A stretch of DNA of 64,000 nucleotides from Comamonas sp. (GCA_047606565.1 JASGEH010000069.1:23188-87187), one strand, 5' to 3'. Shown: positions 32,480 to 41,007, numbered from the stretch's first letter. Translations and numbers: made by a program. Notes: a model not told the origin generated them from the sequence alone.

Positions 32480-32950
32480 ATGCCGCGCCGCAATTGGAAA
32501 CAGGTGCGCCCGGCCAGCCTGCTGGAGGCGTTGCGCCTGTGCAAGGACTTCGCGCTGGAGCGCCGCCGCCTGTCGGTCGAACGCATCGCCGCGCTGATGG
32601 GGGTGACGCACGACAGCCTCTACAAGTGGCTGGCCACGGGCCGCATGCCGGCCGTGCTGATCCCGCCCTACGAGCATGCCTGCGGCATCCACCTGGTCTC
32701 GACCTGGCTGGCGGCTTCGGCCGGCAAGCTGGTGATCGACATGCCCAAGGGCCGGGTGGCCAGCACGCCCGACCTGGTCGAGGTCAACAGCGGCTGCGCC
32801 GCCGCCTTGAGCCTGCTGACCGCCTTCTACGCCAACCCCGCCCAGGCCGACACGGCCGCGACGCTGGACGCGCTGCGCCTGCACCTGGAGCAGGTCGCTT
32901 ATCACCACCACAACGTGGCGGCTGCCACGACACCTGAACTGGAGTTCTGA
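32480..32950 (+). CDS. HTH DNA-binding protein (156 aa), early region
   Basis: The ATG at 32480 is preceded by CAGGAGG. The HTH-like segment is …LSVERIAALMGVTHDSLYKWLATGRMP…. The upstream part of ORF 32273..32950 is the antisense shadow of the 122-aa gene. Confidence 0.65.
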   Translation: MPRRNWKQVRPASLLEALRLCKDFALERRRLSVERIAALMGVTHDSLYKWLATGRMPAVLIPPYEHACGIHLVSTWLAASAGKLVIDMPKGRVASTPDLVEVNSGCAAALSLLTAFYANPAQADTAATLDALRLHLEQVAYHHHNVAAATTPELEF

Positions 32951-32953
32951 CCG

Positions 32954-33262
32954 ATGACGCCCGACACCAAGAACACCGGCGCCCCCGTGCTGCGCGCCCT
33001 GCAGATGGCCGAGTGCCTGGCCGGCTACGCCGCCACCGGCGCCACCAACAAGGAACTGGCCGAGCAGCTCAAGTGCCCGCCGCCCTACGTGACGCGCACG
33101 GCCGATGTGCTGATCGCCGCCGGCTGGGCGCGCAAGAGCGAGGACGGCCGCTTCTACCCCACGGCGCACTTCACGCGCCTGACCTTTCGCGTGCTGGCGG
33201 ACTTCGACCGGCTGGAGAACCAGACGCAAGACCGCAAGCGCGCCATGACCAGTGCGTATTGA
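32954..33262 (+). CDS. Winged-helix (IclR/MarR-like) DNA-binding protein
   Basis: 102 aa. …LRALQMAECLAGYAATGATNKELAEQLKCPPPYVTRTADVLIAAGWARK… resembles an IclR-type N-terminal wHTH. Confidence 0.55.
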   Translation: MTPDTKNTGAPVLRALQMAECLAGYAATGATNKELAEQLKCPPPYVTRTADVLIAAGWARKSEDGRFYPTAHFTRLTFRVLADFDRLENQTQDRKRAMTSAY

Positions 33263-33298
33263 TCCATTCCTGCCCCATTTTCCGAAGGACTTTCAACC

Positions 33299-34312
33299 AT
33301 GGCTCGAACAGCAAACAAACCCCAGGCCCCCGCACCGATGGACGTGATCCCCGTGGCGAAGGTCGAGCGCATCGAAGCGGCGCAGGACGCCCTGGCGCTG
33401 GAGCAGAAGCAGGCCCAGGCCCATGTGCGCGCCGTGGCGCTGCAGGTGGGCTACCAGTTGCCCGCCGACAGCGCCGACCCCGACCTGATCCAGCGTGACA
33501 TCGCCGCCAACATGCGGCGCAGCGTGGAGGCCTGCCTGGAAGTGGGGCGCGGGCTGGCGGTGCTCAAGGCCGTCTGCGGCCATGGCAATTTCCTCGCGCG
33601 GCTCGAGGTGCTGGGGATCGAGACGCGCGTGGCGCAACGCTTCATGCAGTCCGCGATCAAGTTCTCAAATGCGGCGTCAACGCCGCTTTTGAATGCCATC
33701 GGCAACCAGACCAAGCTTTTCGAGATGCTGGTGCTCGACGACGAGCAGATCGACGAACTGGCCCTGACCGGCGAAACCGGCGAGCTGCACCTGGATGACA
33801 TCGCGACCATGTCGGTGAAGGAGCTGCGCGAGGCGCTCCGACAAGCGAAGCACGACGAGCAGTACATGGGCGACAAGCTCTCCAAGGAGCGCGAGCGTGC
33901 CGACCAGGCCGAGAAGCGACTGCGCAAGGGCGGGCCGGAGACCCGCCCGCTTGATGAACGCATCACGCCATTTCAGGTTGAGCTGACCGAGCGCCAGTCG
34001 CTGCTGGAAAAAGCGCTGTTGGCGCATGACGAGGCCGTCACGGCGCTGGACGCATGGTGGACACAGGAGGTCGTTACCGCCCCAGGCTATGACCCTGAGG
34101 CACCCGCGCCGCTGCCCGCGCCAGTTCTGGCGGTGGCCCAGCACCTGTACGACGCCATCGAGCGCACAGCCGCCATTGTCGGCGGCCTGCAGCACCGCAT
34201 GTGGGAAGTGTTCGGCGACCAGATTCCGAACGCCCGCCAGTACCTGCTGCAAGACCCTGCGCTGGTCTCCGATCTGGCCGCTGCCGAAACAGCAGCGCAA
34301 GGCCATGACTGA
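33299..34312 (+). CDS. DUF3102-like protein
   Basis: 337 aa. …VGRGLAVLKAVCGHGNFLARLEVLGIETRVAQRFMQSAIKFSN… matches the DUF3102 core as I recall it. It lies immediately upstream of the transposase gene and overlaps it. Confidence 0.6.
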   Translation: MARTANKPQAPAPMDVIPVAKVERIEAAQDALALEQKQAQAHVRAVALQVGYQLPADSADPDLIQRDIAANMRRSVEACLEVGRGLAVLKAVCGHGNFLARLEVLGIETRVAQRFMQSAIKFSNAASTPLLNAIGNQTKLFEMLVLDDEQIDELALTGETGELHLDDIATMSVKELREALRQAKHDEQYMGDKLSKERERADQAEKRLRKGGPETRPLDERITPFQVELTERQSLLEKALLAHDEAVTALDAWWTQEVVTAPGYDPEAPAPLPAPVLAVAQHLYDAIERTAAIVGGLQHRMWEVFGDQIPNARQYLLQDPALVSDLAAAETAAQGHD

Positions 34313-36137
34313 CCCCATCACGCTGGACGAATCCTCCATGGCCGCATCCCTTTCACCCGAGATCGCCGACTACGTCCGCGATCTGGCCCGCAGGCTGGAC
34401 GGCGCCCGCCACGGCCAGGCCGGGGCGCTGGTGGACGCTGCTGCGGCTTTCTTGGGCATGTCGCGGCAAACCGTCTATCGCCACTTGAAGGAATGCGCGG
34501 GCTGGGCCAGTGGCCGCAAGTGCCGCGCCGACAAGGGCAGCACCAGCGTGGATGCCGAAGCGCTGACCAAGCTGGCCGCAGCCCAACGCGAGGCCGTGCG
34601 CGACAACGGCAAGCAGACGCTGTTCACCACCACGGGCCGAGGCATTCTGGAACAGAACGGCACCCGCCTGGGCGTGAGCAACAGCCAGCTCAATCGCCTG
34701 ATGCGCGACCGCAAGCTGGGCGTCGCGGCCCAGCGCGTGGCCGACCCGGTGCAGCAACTGCGCGCGCTGCACCCCAACCATGTGCATGAGGTCGATCCGT
34801 CGCTGTGCCTGGTCTATTACCTCAAGGATCGCCAGCACATCATGCGCGACCGCGATTTCTACAAGAACAAGCTGGAGAACTACGCGAAGGTGAAGTTCAA
34901 GGTCTTCCGCTACGTGCTCTACGACCGTGCCAGCGGTGCCATCGTGCCCTGGTATGTGGAGGCCGCAGGCGAAGACCAGCACAACTTGTTCGACTTTCTC
35001 ATGTACGCCTGGGGCCAGCAGCCGGGTCGGCTGTTCCACGGCGTACCCAAGGTGATGCTGTGGGACAAGGGCAGCGCCAACCAGTCCGGCGCGATCAAGA
35101 ACCTGCTGGAAGCCCTGGGCGTGCAGGCGCTCGACCACCAGGCGGGCAACGCCCGTGCCAAGGGTGGCGTCGAAGGTGCCAACAACATCGTCGAAACCCA
35201 GTTCGAGAGCCGCCTGCGGTTCGAGCCTGTCAACAGCGTGGCCGAACTCAACGCCGCCGCCACGGCCTGGGCCGAAGCCTGGAACGCCGATCTGCTGCCC
35301 GGCCAGAACGCCAACCTGCGCCGCCAGGGCCTGGCCGGCCGCGTGAGCCGCTACGACCTGTGGCAGCTCATCACGGCCGAGCAGCTGCGGCGGCTGCCCG
35401 ATGTGGACGTGTGCCGCGCGCTCATGGTTTCCAAGGCCGAGGAACGGCTGGTCAGGCCCAATATGACGGTGAGCTATCGCCACCCGCAGGCCGATGCCCC
35501 GGCGCTCTATAGCCTGCGCGGCCTGGAAGGTATCAACGTAGGCGACAAGATCATGGTGCGCGCGCTGGTCTATGGCAACAACGCCATCCAGATCCAGGTT
35601 CCACGCTACGACGGCGAGACGCTGACCTACCGCGTGGAGCCGGAGACTGAATACGACCGGTTCGGCATGCCGCTCTCGGCGGCAGTCATTGGTGAGGAAT
35701 ACAAGTCCATCGCCCGCACAGAAGCCCAGCATGCCGCCCACGCGATGGACACACAGGCCTACCCCGGCCTGGACCCTGACCAGATCAAGGCCGCGCGCGA
35801 CAAGAAGGCGGTTCCGTTCAACGGTGAGCTCAAGTCACACAGCTATCTGAAGGACGTGGAAATCCCCACCTTCATCCCGCGCAGCGGCACCGAGATCGAA
35901 GCGCCCGCGCATGCCCAGGCTGCGGCTGCGCCGATGCTGGTCAACGTGACGGCGGCGCTGCTGCGCATCGCCAACGCGGTGCGGCGCAACCTGACCGAGT
36001 CCGAGCGCACGTTTTTGCGCACGCGCTTTGCCGACGGCGTGCCCGAAGACCAGCTCGACAGCCTGATCGACCAGTTCATCAACCCCGAGCCTGCCGCCGA
36101 GCCTGTGCGTGCCGCTGGCGGTCTCCGAGCGATCTAA
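34305..36137 (+). CDS. DDE (retroviral-integrase-fold) transposase, MuA-like
   Basis: Start at 34305 (MTDPITLDES…), 610 aa. An N-terminal HTH (…MSRQTVYRHLKE…) is followed by candidate catalytic residues in …HVHEVDPSL…, …MLWDKGSAN… and …KGGVEGANN…. Confidence 0.85.
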   Translation: MTDPITLDESSMAASLSPEIADYVRDLARRLDGARHGQAGALVDAAAAFLGMSRQTVYRHLKECAGWASGRKCRADKGSTSVDAEALTKLAAAQREAVRDNGKQTLFTTTGRGILEQNGTRLGVSNSQLNRLMRDRKLGVAAQRVADPVQQLRALHPNHVHEVDPSLCLVYYLKDRQHIMRDRDFYKNKLENYAKVKFKVFRYVLYDRASGAIVPWYVEAAGEDQHNLFDFLMYAWGQQPGRLFHGVPKVMLWDKGSANQSGAIKNLLEALGVQALDHQAGNARAKGGVEGANNIVETQFESRLRFEPVNSVAELNAAATAWAEAWNADLLPGQNANLRRQGLAGRVSRYDLWQLITAEQLRRLPDVDVCRALMVSKAEERLVRPNMTVSYRHPQADAPALYSLRGLEGINVGDKIMVRALVYGNNAIQIQVPRYDGETLTYRVEPETEYDRFGMPLSAAVIGEEYKSIARTEAQHAAHAMDTQAYPGLDPDQIKAARDKKAVPFNGELKSHSYLKDVEIPTFIPRSGTEIEAPAHAQAAAAPMLVNVTAALLRIANAVRRNLTESERTFLRTRFADGVPEDQLDSLIDQFINPEPAAEPVRAAGGLRAI

Positions 36138-36146
36138 GAGGATTCG

Positions 36147-37412
36147 ATGACGGTTTCCAGCCCAAAACCGATTGCCCTGGGTGACCTCATGACGAGCGTC
36201 AACCTGTCGCAGACCTCCCTCGGCCGTGAGGTGGATGCGAGCCCCGGTTCGATCAACTTGATCGTCCGCTACGACCGCTGGCCCAAACGAAGAGGTGGCG
36301 GTGAACAGAACCTGCGCGAGGCCATCGCTCGCGCTTTGCTGAGTCGTGGAGCCCCGGCCGAATCGGTCTATGCCGCTCTGCGACTCGAAGAGTCGGCCAG
36401 GCAGCGCGTTGATTCCAGCCGCGACGCTGCCCGGCCTTCCCCGACCGAAGGCATTGCCGACGGTCATCCCTTGTTGAAGGACCCGTACATGCTACTACGC
36501 AAGCAAACCATCAACCGGGCCGCGCGCCAGCACTTCAAGCTGCTGCGCGACCCCTTTACCGACGAGATGCTCGACGAGGCCGACGTCTTCGTCAGCGACG
36601 ACATCCGCTACGTGCGCGCGTCCATGCGCCAGACCGCCAAGCACGGCGGCATGCTGGCCGTGGTGGGCGAGTCCGGCGGCGGCAAGAGCACGCTGCGCCA
36701 GGATCTGGCCGAATGGATCAACGTGTCGCACGAGCCGATCACCGTGATCGAGCCCTACGTGATCGGCATGGAGGACAGCAACCGCAAGGGCAAGGCGCTG
36801 AAGTCGGCCGACATCACCGGTGCCGTGATCCGCGCCGTGGCGCCGGGCCAGCCGCTGCGCGCCAGCCTGCAGGACCGCGCCGGGCAGATGCACGACATCC
36901 TCAAGGCCAGCGCCCAGGTCGGCCGCAAGCATGTGCTGATCATCGAAGAGGCGCATTGCCTGGCGATCCCCACGCTCAAGCACCTGAAAAGGTTCTACGA
37001 GCTGCAGGACGGCTTCAAGAAGCTGCTGGCCATCATCCTGATCGGCCAGACCGAGCTGGGCTGGAAGCTCTCCGAGCACAACCCGGAAGTGCGCGAGGTG
37101 GTGCAGCGCTGCGAGCTGGTCAACCTGCCGCCGCTGGACAACCACGTCGAGGGCTACCTGCGCCACAAGCTCGGTCGCGCGGGCCTGGAATTCGACGCAC
37201 TCATCGCGCCCGGCGCGGTCGACGAGATCCGCGCGCGGCTGCGCACCAATGTGCAGGAGGTGCGGCGCGGCAAGCGCGAGACGCGCGCGGCCAGCCTGTG
37301 CTACCCGCTGGCCATCAACAACCTGGTGAGCGCCGCCATGAACGAGGCCGTCAAGATCGGCGAGCCGCGCATCACGGCCGAGCTGATCGCGGCGGCGGTG
37401 GGGGGCGAGTGA
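36147..37412 (+). CDS. AAA+ ATPase, MuB-like transposition target-selection protein
   Basis: 421 aa with Walker A (VVGESGGGKST) and Walker B (HVLIIEEAH), directly downstream of the transposase gene. Confidence 0.8.
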   Translation: MTVSSPKPIALGDLMTSVNLSQTSLGREVDASPGSINLIVRYDRWPKRRGGGEQNLREAIARALLSRGAPAESVYAALRLEESARQRVDSSRDAARPSPTEGIADGHPLLKDPYMLLRKQTINRAARQHFKLLRDPFTDEMLDEADVFVSDDIRYVRASMRQTAKHGGMLAVVGESGGGKSTLRQDLAEWINVSHEPITVIEPYVIGMEDSNRKGKALKSADITGAVIRAVAPGQPLRASLQDRAGQMHDILKASAQVGRKHVLIIEEAHCLAIPTLKHLKRFYELQDGFKKLLAIILIGQTELGWKLSEHNPEVREVVQRCELVNLPPLDNHVEGYLRHKLGRAGLEFDALIAPGAVDEIRARLRTNVQEVRRGKRETRAASLCYPLAINNLVSAAMNEAVKIGEPRITAELIAAAVGGE

Positions 37413-37714
37413 TGGACAACCGCCACCCCTTCGGCCACTACCGCGAGTTCGTCCTGTCGGATGGCACCAGCGGTTCCCTCGAGTGCGCCCACGTCGTGCT
37501 GGACGGCCGTTTCACGCGCTTCCTGTGGATCGAGCTGTACGACGCGCACGGCGAATGCCTGATGAGCGCCTGCAAGCTCAACCCGCACCGCCGCTGGCGC
37601 TCGGGCCGGTGCATCCCGGACCGCACGCTGTTCGAGCAGATCCGCAGCATGCCGGGCTACATGCCCGGCCGGTGGGCGCGCATCGAAATCCAGGACGGGA
37701 GGGCTGCAGCATGA
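37412..37714 (+). CDS. Hypothetical early protein (100 aa)
   Basis: TGATG overlap with the upstream gene, GC3-rich frame (MDNRHPFGHYREFVLSDG…). Confidence 0.55.
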   Translation: MDNRHPFGHYREFVLSDGTSGSLECAHVVLDGRFTRFLWIELYDAHGECLMSACKLNPHRRWRSGRCIPDRTLFEQIRSMPGYMPGRWARIEIQDGRAAA

Positions 37715-37884
37715 CCAACCGCCTGACCTGGATCAAGCGCCGCGCCCGGCGTCTCGAAGCCGCCTTCGGCACGCCGCGCCGCGTGGCCATTGGCGAGGCC
37801 ATCATGGACTGCAATGCCTTCGCGGGCACGCGCGTGCTGCGCGTCGTCGGCGCCGCATCGCGGCTGGAAAGGATGGCGGCATGA
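37711..37884 (+). CDS. Hypothetical early protein (57 aa)
   Basis: ATGA overlaps at both ends place it in a translationally coupled chain. Confidence 0.45.
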   Translation: MTNRLTWIKRRARRLEAAFGTPRRVAIGEAIMDCNAFAGTRVLRVVGAASRLERMAA

Positions 37885-38138
37885 AGCGCTTTCCCTTTGC
37901 CCCTGGCACGCTCCAGGGCGGCTCGCGCTTCAAGGCCCGCCTGGCCCGCGTCCGCCGCTGGCTGGTGCGCCATTCGGACGCGCTGGGCCTGGTGCTGATC
38001 CTGACCGCGTTCGCGGGCTGGTGTTTCGGCCTGGAAGGCTGGGCCATGTGGCTGCTGCTGGCGGCCAGCTTCGGCGGCGTGCTGGGCCTGGAACGGCTGG
38101 AGCGTGCCGACGACCGCCGCGCACTGGAGGACTTGTGA
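37881..38138 (+). CDS. Small membrane protein (85 aa, 2 TM)
   Basis: ATGA overlap. TM segments are ALGLVLILTAFAGWCFGL and WAMWLLLAASFGGVLGL. Confidence 0.5.
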   Translation: MKRFPFAPGTLQGGSRFKARLARVRRWLVRHSDALGLVLILTAFAGWCFGLEGWAMWLLLAASFGGVLGLERLERADDRRALEDL

Positions 38139-38746
38139 TCAACATCACTTGCCCCTCCTGCAACGCCGATATGGACCTGGACGTGGCCCTGGCGCATGAC
38201 GAACTGCGCGCGGCGGTGGCCGAGATCATCACGGTCTCGCTGCCGCTGGGCCGGCAGGTTCTGCGCTACGCCAACCTGTTCAAGCCGCGCAAGAACAAGA
38301 TGCGGCCAGACCGGCTGGCCCGTCTCATCGGCCAGCTCGCGCCCGATCTGCAGCGCCAGGCCATCACCCACAACGGCCGCGAATGGACGGTGCCGCATGC
38401 GGCGTGGGAGGCGGGCTTCAACGCCATGCTGGAGCGCGCGGCCAGCGGCAAATTCACCTTGCCGCTGGAGAGCCACGGCTACCTCTACGCCACGCTCGCC
38501 AGCCAGGCCGACAAGGCCGAGGGCCAGGCCGAAGCGCAGACCGAGAGCGACCGCCGCGTCGTCCCACGCCGCGACAACGTGCAAATCCACGGCCAGACGC
38601 TGCCCATCGGCGACGCCCTGCAGGTCGCCTTCGCCAGGCGCGACCCCGCGCTGGCCAAGCTGGACGCCGACAGCCGCAACGCCGCGCCCGCACCCGATCA
38701 CATCAAGGCCAGGTTGGCCGCACTCAAGAAAGGAGGTCAGGCATGA
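38135..38746 (+). CDS. Hypothetical early protein (about 203 aa; start uncertain)
   Basis: A GTG at 38135 overlaps the upstream stop (GTGA). The N-terminus carries a CPSC motif. The upstream part of ORF 37790..38746 overlaps three better-supported genes. Confidence 0.5.
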   Translation: MINITCPSCNADMDLDVALAHDELRAAVAEIITVSLPLGRQVLRYANLFKPRKNKMRPDRLARLIGQLAPDLQRQAITHNGREWTVPHAAWEAGFNAMLERAASGKFTLPLESHGYLYATLASQADKAEGQAEAQTESDRRVVPRRDNVQIHGQTLPIGDALQVAFARRDPALAKLDADSRNAAPAPDHIKARLAALKKGGQA

Positions 38747-39360
38747 CCGAGAAAACCATTCCCGAAGGCCACAAGCGCGACGCGCAGGGGCGGCTCGTGC
38801 CCATCAGCCTGATCAAGCCCATCGACCTGGCGCGCGACGAGCTGGTTCTGGAGATCGCCGCCACGGCGCGCAAGCTCAACGCTGCCATGGCGCAGGCCAA
38901 GGCCCAGATCTTCGCGGACGCCGCCGCCTTCGTCGACTTGTCGGCCGAGCAATACGGCGTGCATCTCGGCGGCAAGAAGGGCAACGTCACGCTCAACGCC
39001 TTCGACGGCAGCATCCGCGTGCAGATCGCCACGGCCGAGTCGTTGTCCTTTGACGAGCGCCTGCAGGCCGCCAAGGCGCTGATCGACGAGTGCATCGGCG
39101 AGTGGGTGAAAGACAGCCGCCCCGAGATCGCCGTGCTGGTGCAGGACGCCTTCCGCACCGACCGCGACGGCAAGCTCAGCGCCGGCCGCATCCTGGGCCT
39201 GCGCCGCCTCGACATCCAGGACGAGCGCTGGCAGCGCGCCATGAAGGCCATCGGCGAATCCGTCCAGGTCACCGGCTCCAAGCAGTACGTGCGCGTGTAC
39301 GAGCGCGTGGGGCAGACCGATACCTATCAACCCATCGCCTTGGACATCGCCGCCGTATAG
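38743..39360 (+). CDS. DUF3164-like protein (conserved in Mu-like prophages)
   Basis: ATGA overlap, 205 aa. …IPEGHKRDAQGRLVPISLIKPIDLARDELV… is typical of DUF3164 as I recall it. Confidence 0.6.
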   Translation: MTEKTIPEGHKRDAQGRLVPISLIKPIDLARDELVLEIAATARKLNAAMAQAKAQIFADAAAFVDLSAEQYGVHLGGKKGNVTLNAFDGSIRVQIATAESLSFDERLQAAKALIDECIGEWVKDSRPEIAVLVQDAFRTDRDGKLSAGRILGLRRLDIQDERWQRAMKAIGESVQVTGSKQYVRVYERVGQTDTYQPIALDIAAV

Positions 39361-39430
39361 CTGACGGGCGTGGCGGCACGCGGCCGCTGCTTTCCGTCAA
39401 CACCCCCTTTCTCAACCTGGAATTTTCATC

Positions 39431-39703
39431 ATGAACAAGACCGATCTGATCCAACACATCGCCGCCGAGGCTGAAATCTCCAAGGCTGCGGCCGAGCGTG
39501 CCCTGGAGGCCTTCACCGATGCCATCAAGACCACGCTCAAGAAGGGCGGCACGGTGGGCCTGGTGGGCTTCGGCACCTTCCTGGCGGCCAAGCGGCCGGC
39601 GCGCACGGGCCGCAACCCGCGCACCGGCGAGGCCGTGAAGATCGCGGCCCGCAAGGCGGTGAAGTTCACCGCCGGCAAGGGCCTCAAGGACGCCGTCAAC
39701 TGA
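39431..39703 (+). CDS. HU-family nucleoid-associated DNA-binding protein, phage-encoded
   Basis: 90 aa. [89 protein letters not shown] is an unmistakable HU/IHF fold sequence. Confidence 0.92.
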   Translation: MNKTDLIQHIAAEAEISKAAAERALEAFTDAIKTTLKKGGTVGLVGFGTFLAAKRPARTGRNPRTGEAVKIAARKAVKFTAGKGLKDAVN

Positions 39704-39768
39704 TCCCGCACGTTCTCTGGAGCGCCTTGCCTGCAGGGCGTTCTGGTGAGCACCAGGACCTCCTCATC

Positions 39769-40485
39769 ATGACCACGACGACACCTCATCCCGCCGCCGC
39801 TGCCCGACGCGCCCAGCTCATCCGGCTGATCCACGTCGGCCGGCGCGACCTGGAGCAGCGCGGCCAGATGGACGAGCCGACCTACCGCACCCTGCTGCGC
39901 ACGGCGAGCGGCGGCAAGGCCGATTCCTCGGTCGCCATGACTGTTCCGATGCTGGAGCGCGCGCTCGACCAGCTCAAGCGCGCCGGTTTCAAGGTGCGCG
40001 CGAAGGCCGGCAGCAAGGCCCGGCCCGACCGCGTGCAGACGCCGTCGCCGGAGGCCCGCAAGGTGCGCGCGCTGTGGCTGTTCCTGCACCATCTGGGGGC
40101 CGTGCGCGATCCGTCGGAACGGGCGCTGGCGGCCTACGTCAAGCGCATCGGCAAGGTTGACGACCTGCACTGGGCACGCGGCGTGCGCTGGGATCTGCCC
40201 GAAGCCCGCGACCGCATGGAACTGATCATCGAGACGCTCAAGAAGTGGGCGATGCGCTATCTGCCCGGCGCCATCCAGGCCTTGCTGGCCGAGGCCGGCG
40301 CGCGGCACCAGGTCCATCCGCTCAACCAAGCCCAGCAGGAGGCCGCGCAGCGCGCCTTCAACTGTATCCGCGATGCCGAGGGTTTCGACATGCACTGGGC
40401 GGCGTGGGAGCGCCTGGCCGAGGCGTTGGGCCGACCGATCCACGCCGATCTCCGCCCCGTTTCTGCCCGGAAGGCCGCCCAATGA
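39769..40485 (+). CDS. GemA-like regulatory protein (DUF1018, Mu gp16-like)
   Basis: Start chosen at 39769 (MTTTTPHPAAAARRAQLIRLIHVGRRDL…). The …YRTLLRTASGGKADSSVAMTVPMLERALDQLKRAGF… pattern is typical of DUF1018. It lies directly upstream of mor. Confidence 0.7.
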   Translation: MTTTTPHPAAAARRAQLIRLIHVGRRDLEQRGQMDEPTYRTLLRTASGGKADSSVAMTVPMLERALDQLKRAGFKVRAKAGSKARPDRVQTPSPEARKVRALWLFLHHLGAVRDPSERALAAYVKRIGKVDDLHWARGVRWDLPEARDRMELIIETLKKWAMRYLPGAIQALLAEAGARHQVHPLNQAQQEAAQRAFNCIRDAEGFDMHWAAWERLAEALGRPIHADLRPVSARKAAQ

Positions 40486-40865
40486 GCACGAGCCACGAAA
40501 ACCGCATGGCCCGCCGCCGCCACGAGCTGCTGCAAGACGTCGTCGACCTGTTCAAGCGCCACCTGGCCAGCTACGACCTGCCCGAGGCCGCCGCCGACGC
40601 CATCGCCAACCACGCCGCCGACCGCCTGGCCGACCACTGGGGCGGCCAGCTCATCAGCATCCCCAAGGATTTCCTGTGGCGCCTGTCCCAGGTCGAACAG
40701 GAAATCTACGCCGCTTTCACGGGCACCAACTACGACGTGCTCGCCCAGCAGTACCATATGACCGAGCGCGGCATCCGCATGCTCATCAACCGCGTCCGCA
40801 CCAAGCTCGCCGCCCAGAACCCGACCCAGCAGGGCGACATGTTCACCGCCCCCGAGGCCGACTGA
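40482..40865 (+). CDS. mor: Mor-family transcriptional activator
   Basis: ATGA overlap, 127 aa. The C-terminal HTH …NYDVLAQQYHMTERGIRMLINRV… and the preceding …GGQLISIPK… are typical of the Mor/C family. Confidence 0.8.
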   Translation: MSTSHENRMARRRHELLQDVVDLFKRHLASYDLPEAAADAIANHAADRLADHWGGQLISIPKDFLWRLSQVEQEIYAAFTGTNYDVLAQQYHMTERGIRMLINRVRTKLAAQNPTQQGDMFTAPEAD

Positions 40866-40948
40866 CCCTCCTGGGCGCCCGTTACACCTGCTGTAACCGC
40901 CTTACAAGCGCCCACACCACCCCATCCCTCCCAGTCCCAGGAAATCCC

Positions 40949-40993
40949 GGTTTATCTCACCAGATGACCCTGGGTTTATCTCTCTCTTCTTCA
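40949..40993 (+). repeat. Prophage terminus (early/Mor side) with two putative transposase-binding repeats
   Basis: GGTTTATCTC occurs at 40949-40958 and 40973-40982 (24-bp spacing). The terminus ends …CTTCTTCA. Its reverse complement aligns with the other end at TGAAG, GATA and GTGAGATA. Confidence 0.75.
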
Positions 40994-40999
40994 ACTACA
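40994..40999. repeat. Target-site duplication, right copy (ACTACA)
   Basis: Identical to 2203-2208 and immediately outside the …CTTCA terminus. Confidence 0.8.
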
Positions 41000-41007
41000 G
41001 CCCGGTT

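Larger units (their letters stand above)
2209..40993. mobile_element. Mu-like transposable prophage (38,785 bp) combining a Mu-type head and early modules with a lambda-like siphovirus tail
   Basis: The gene set includes repressor/Ner, DDE transposase, MuB-like ATPase, GemA, Mor, DUF935 portal, and Mu F/G/I/T-like head genes. Termini are 5'-TGAAG…CTTCA-3' with repeated subterminal GAGATA(A/T)3 motifs, flanked by the direct repeat ACTACA. Confidence 0.92.
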
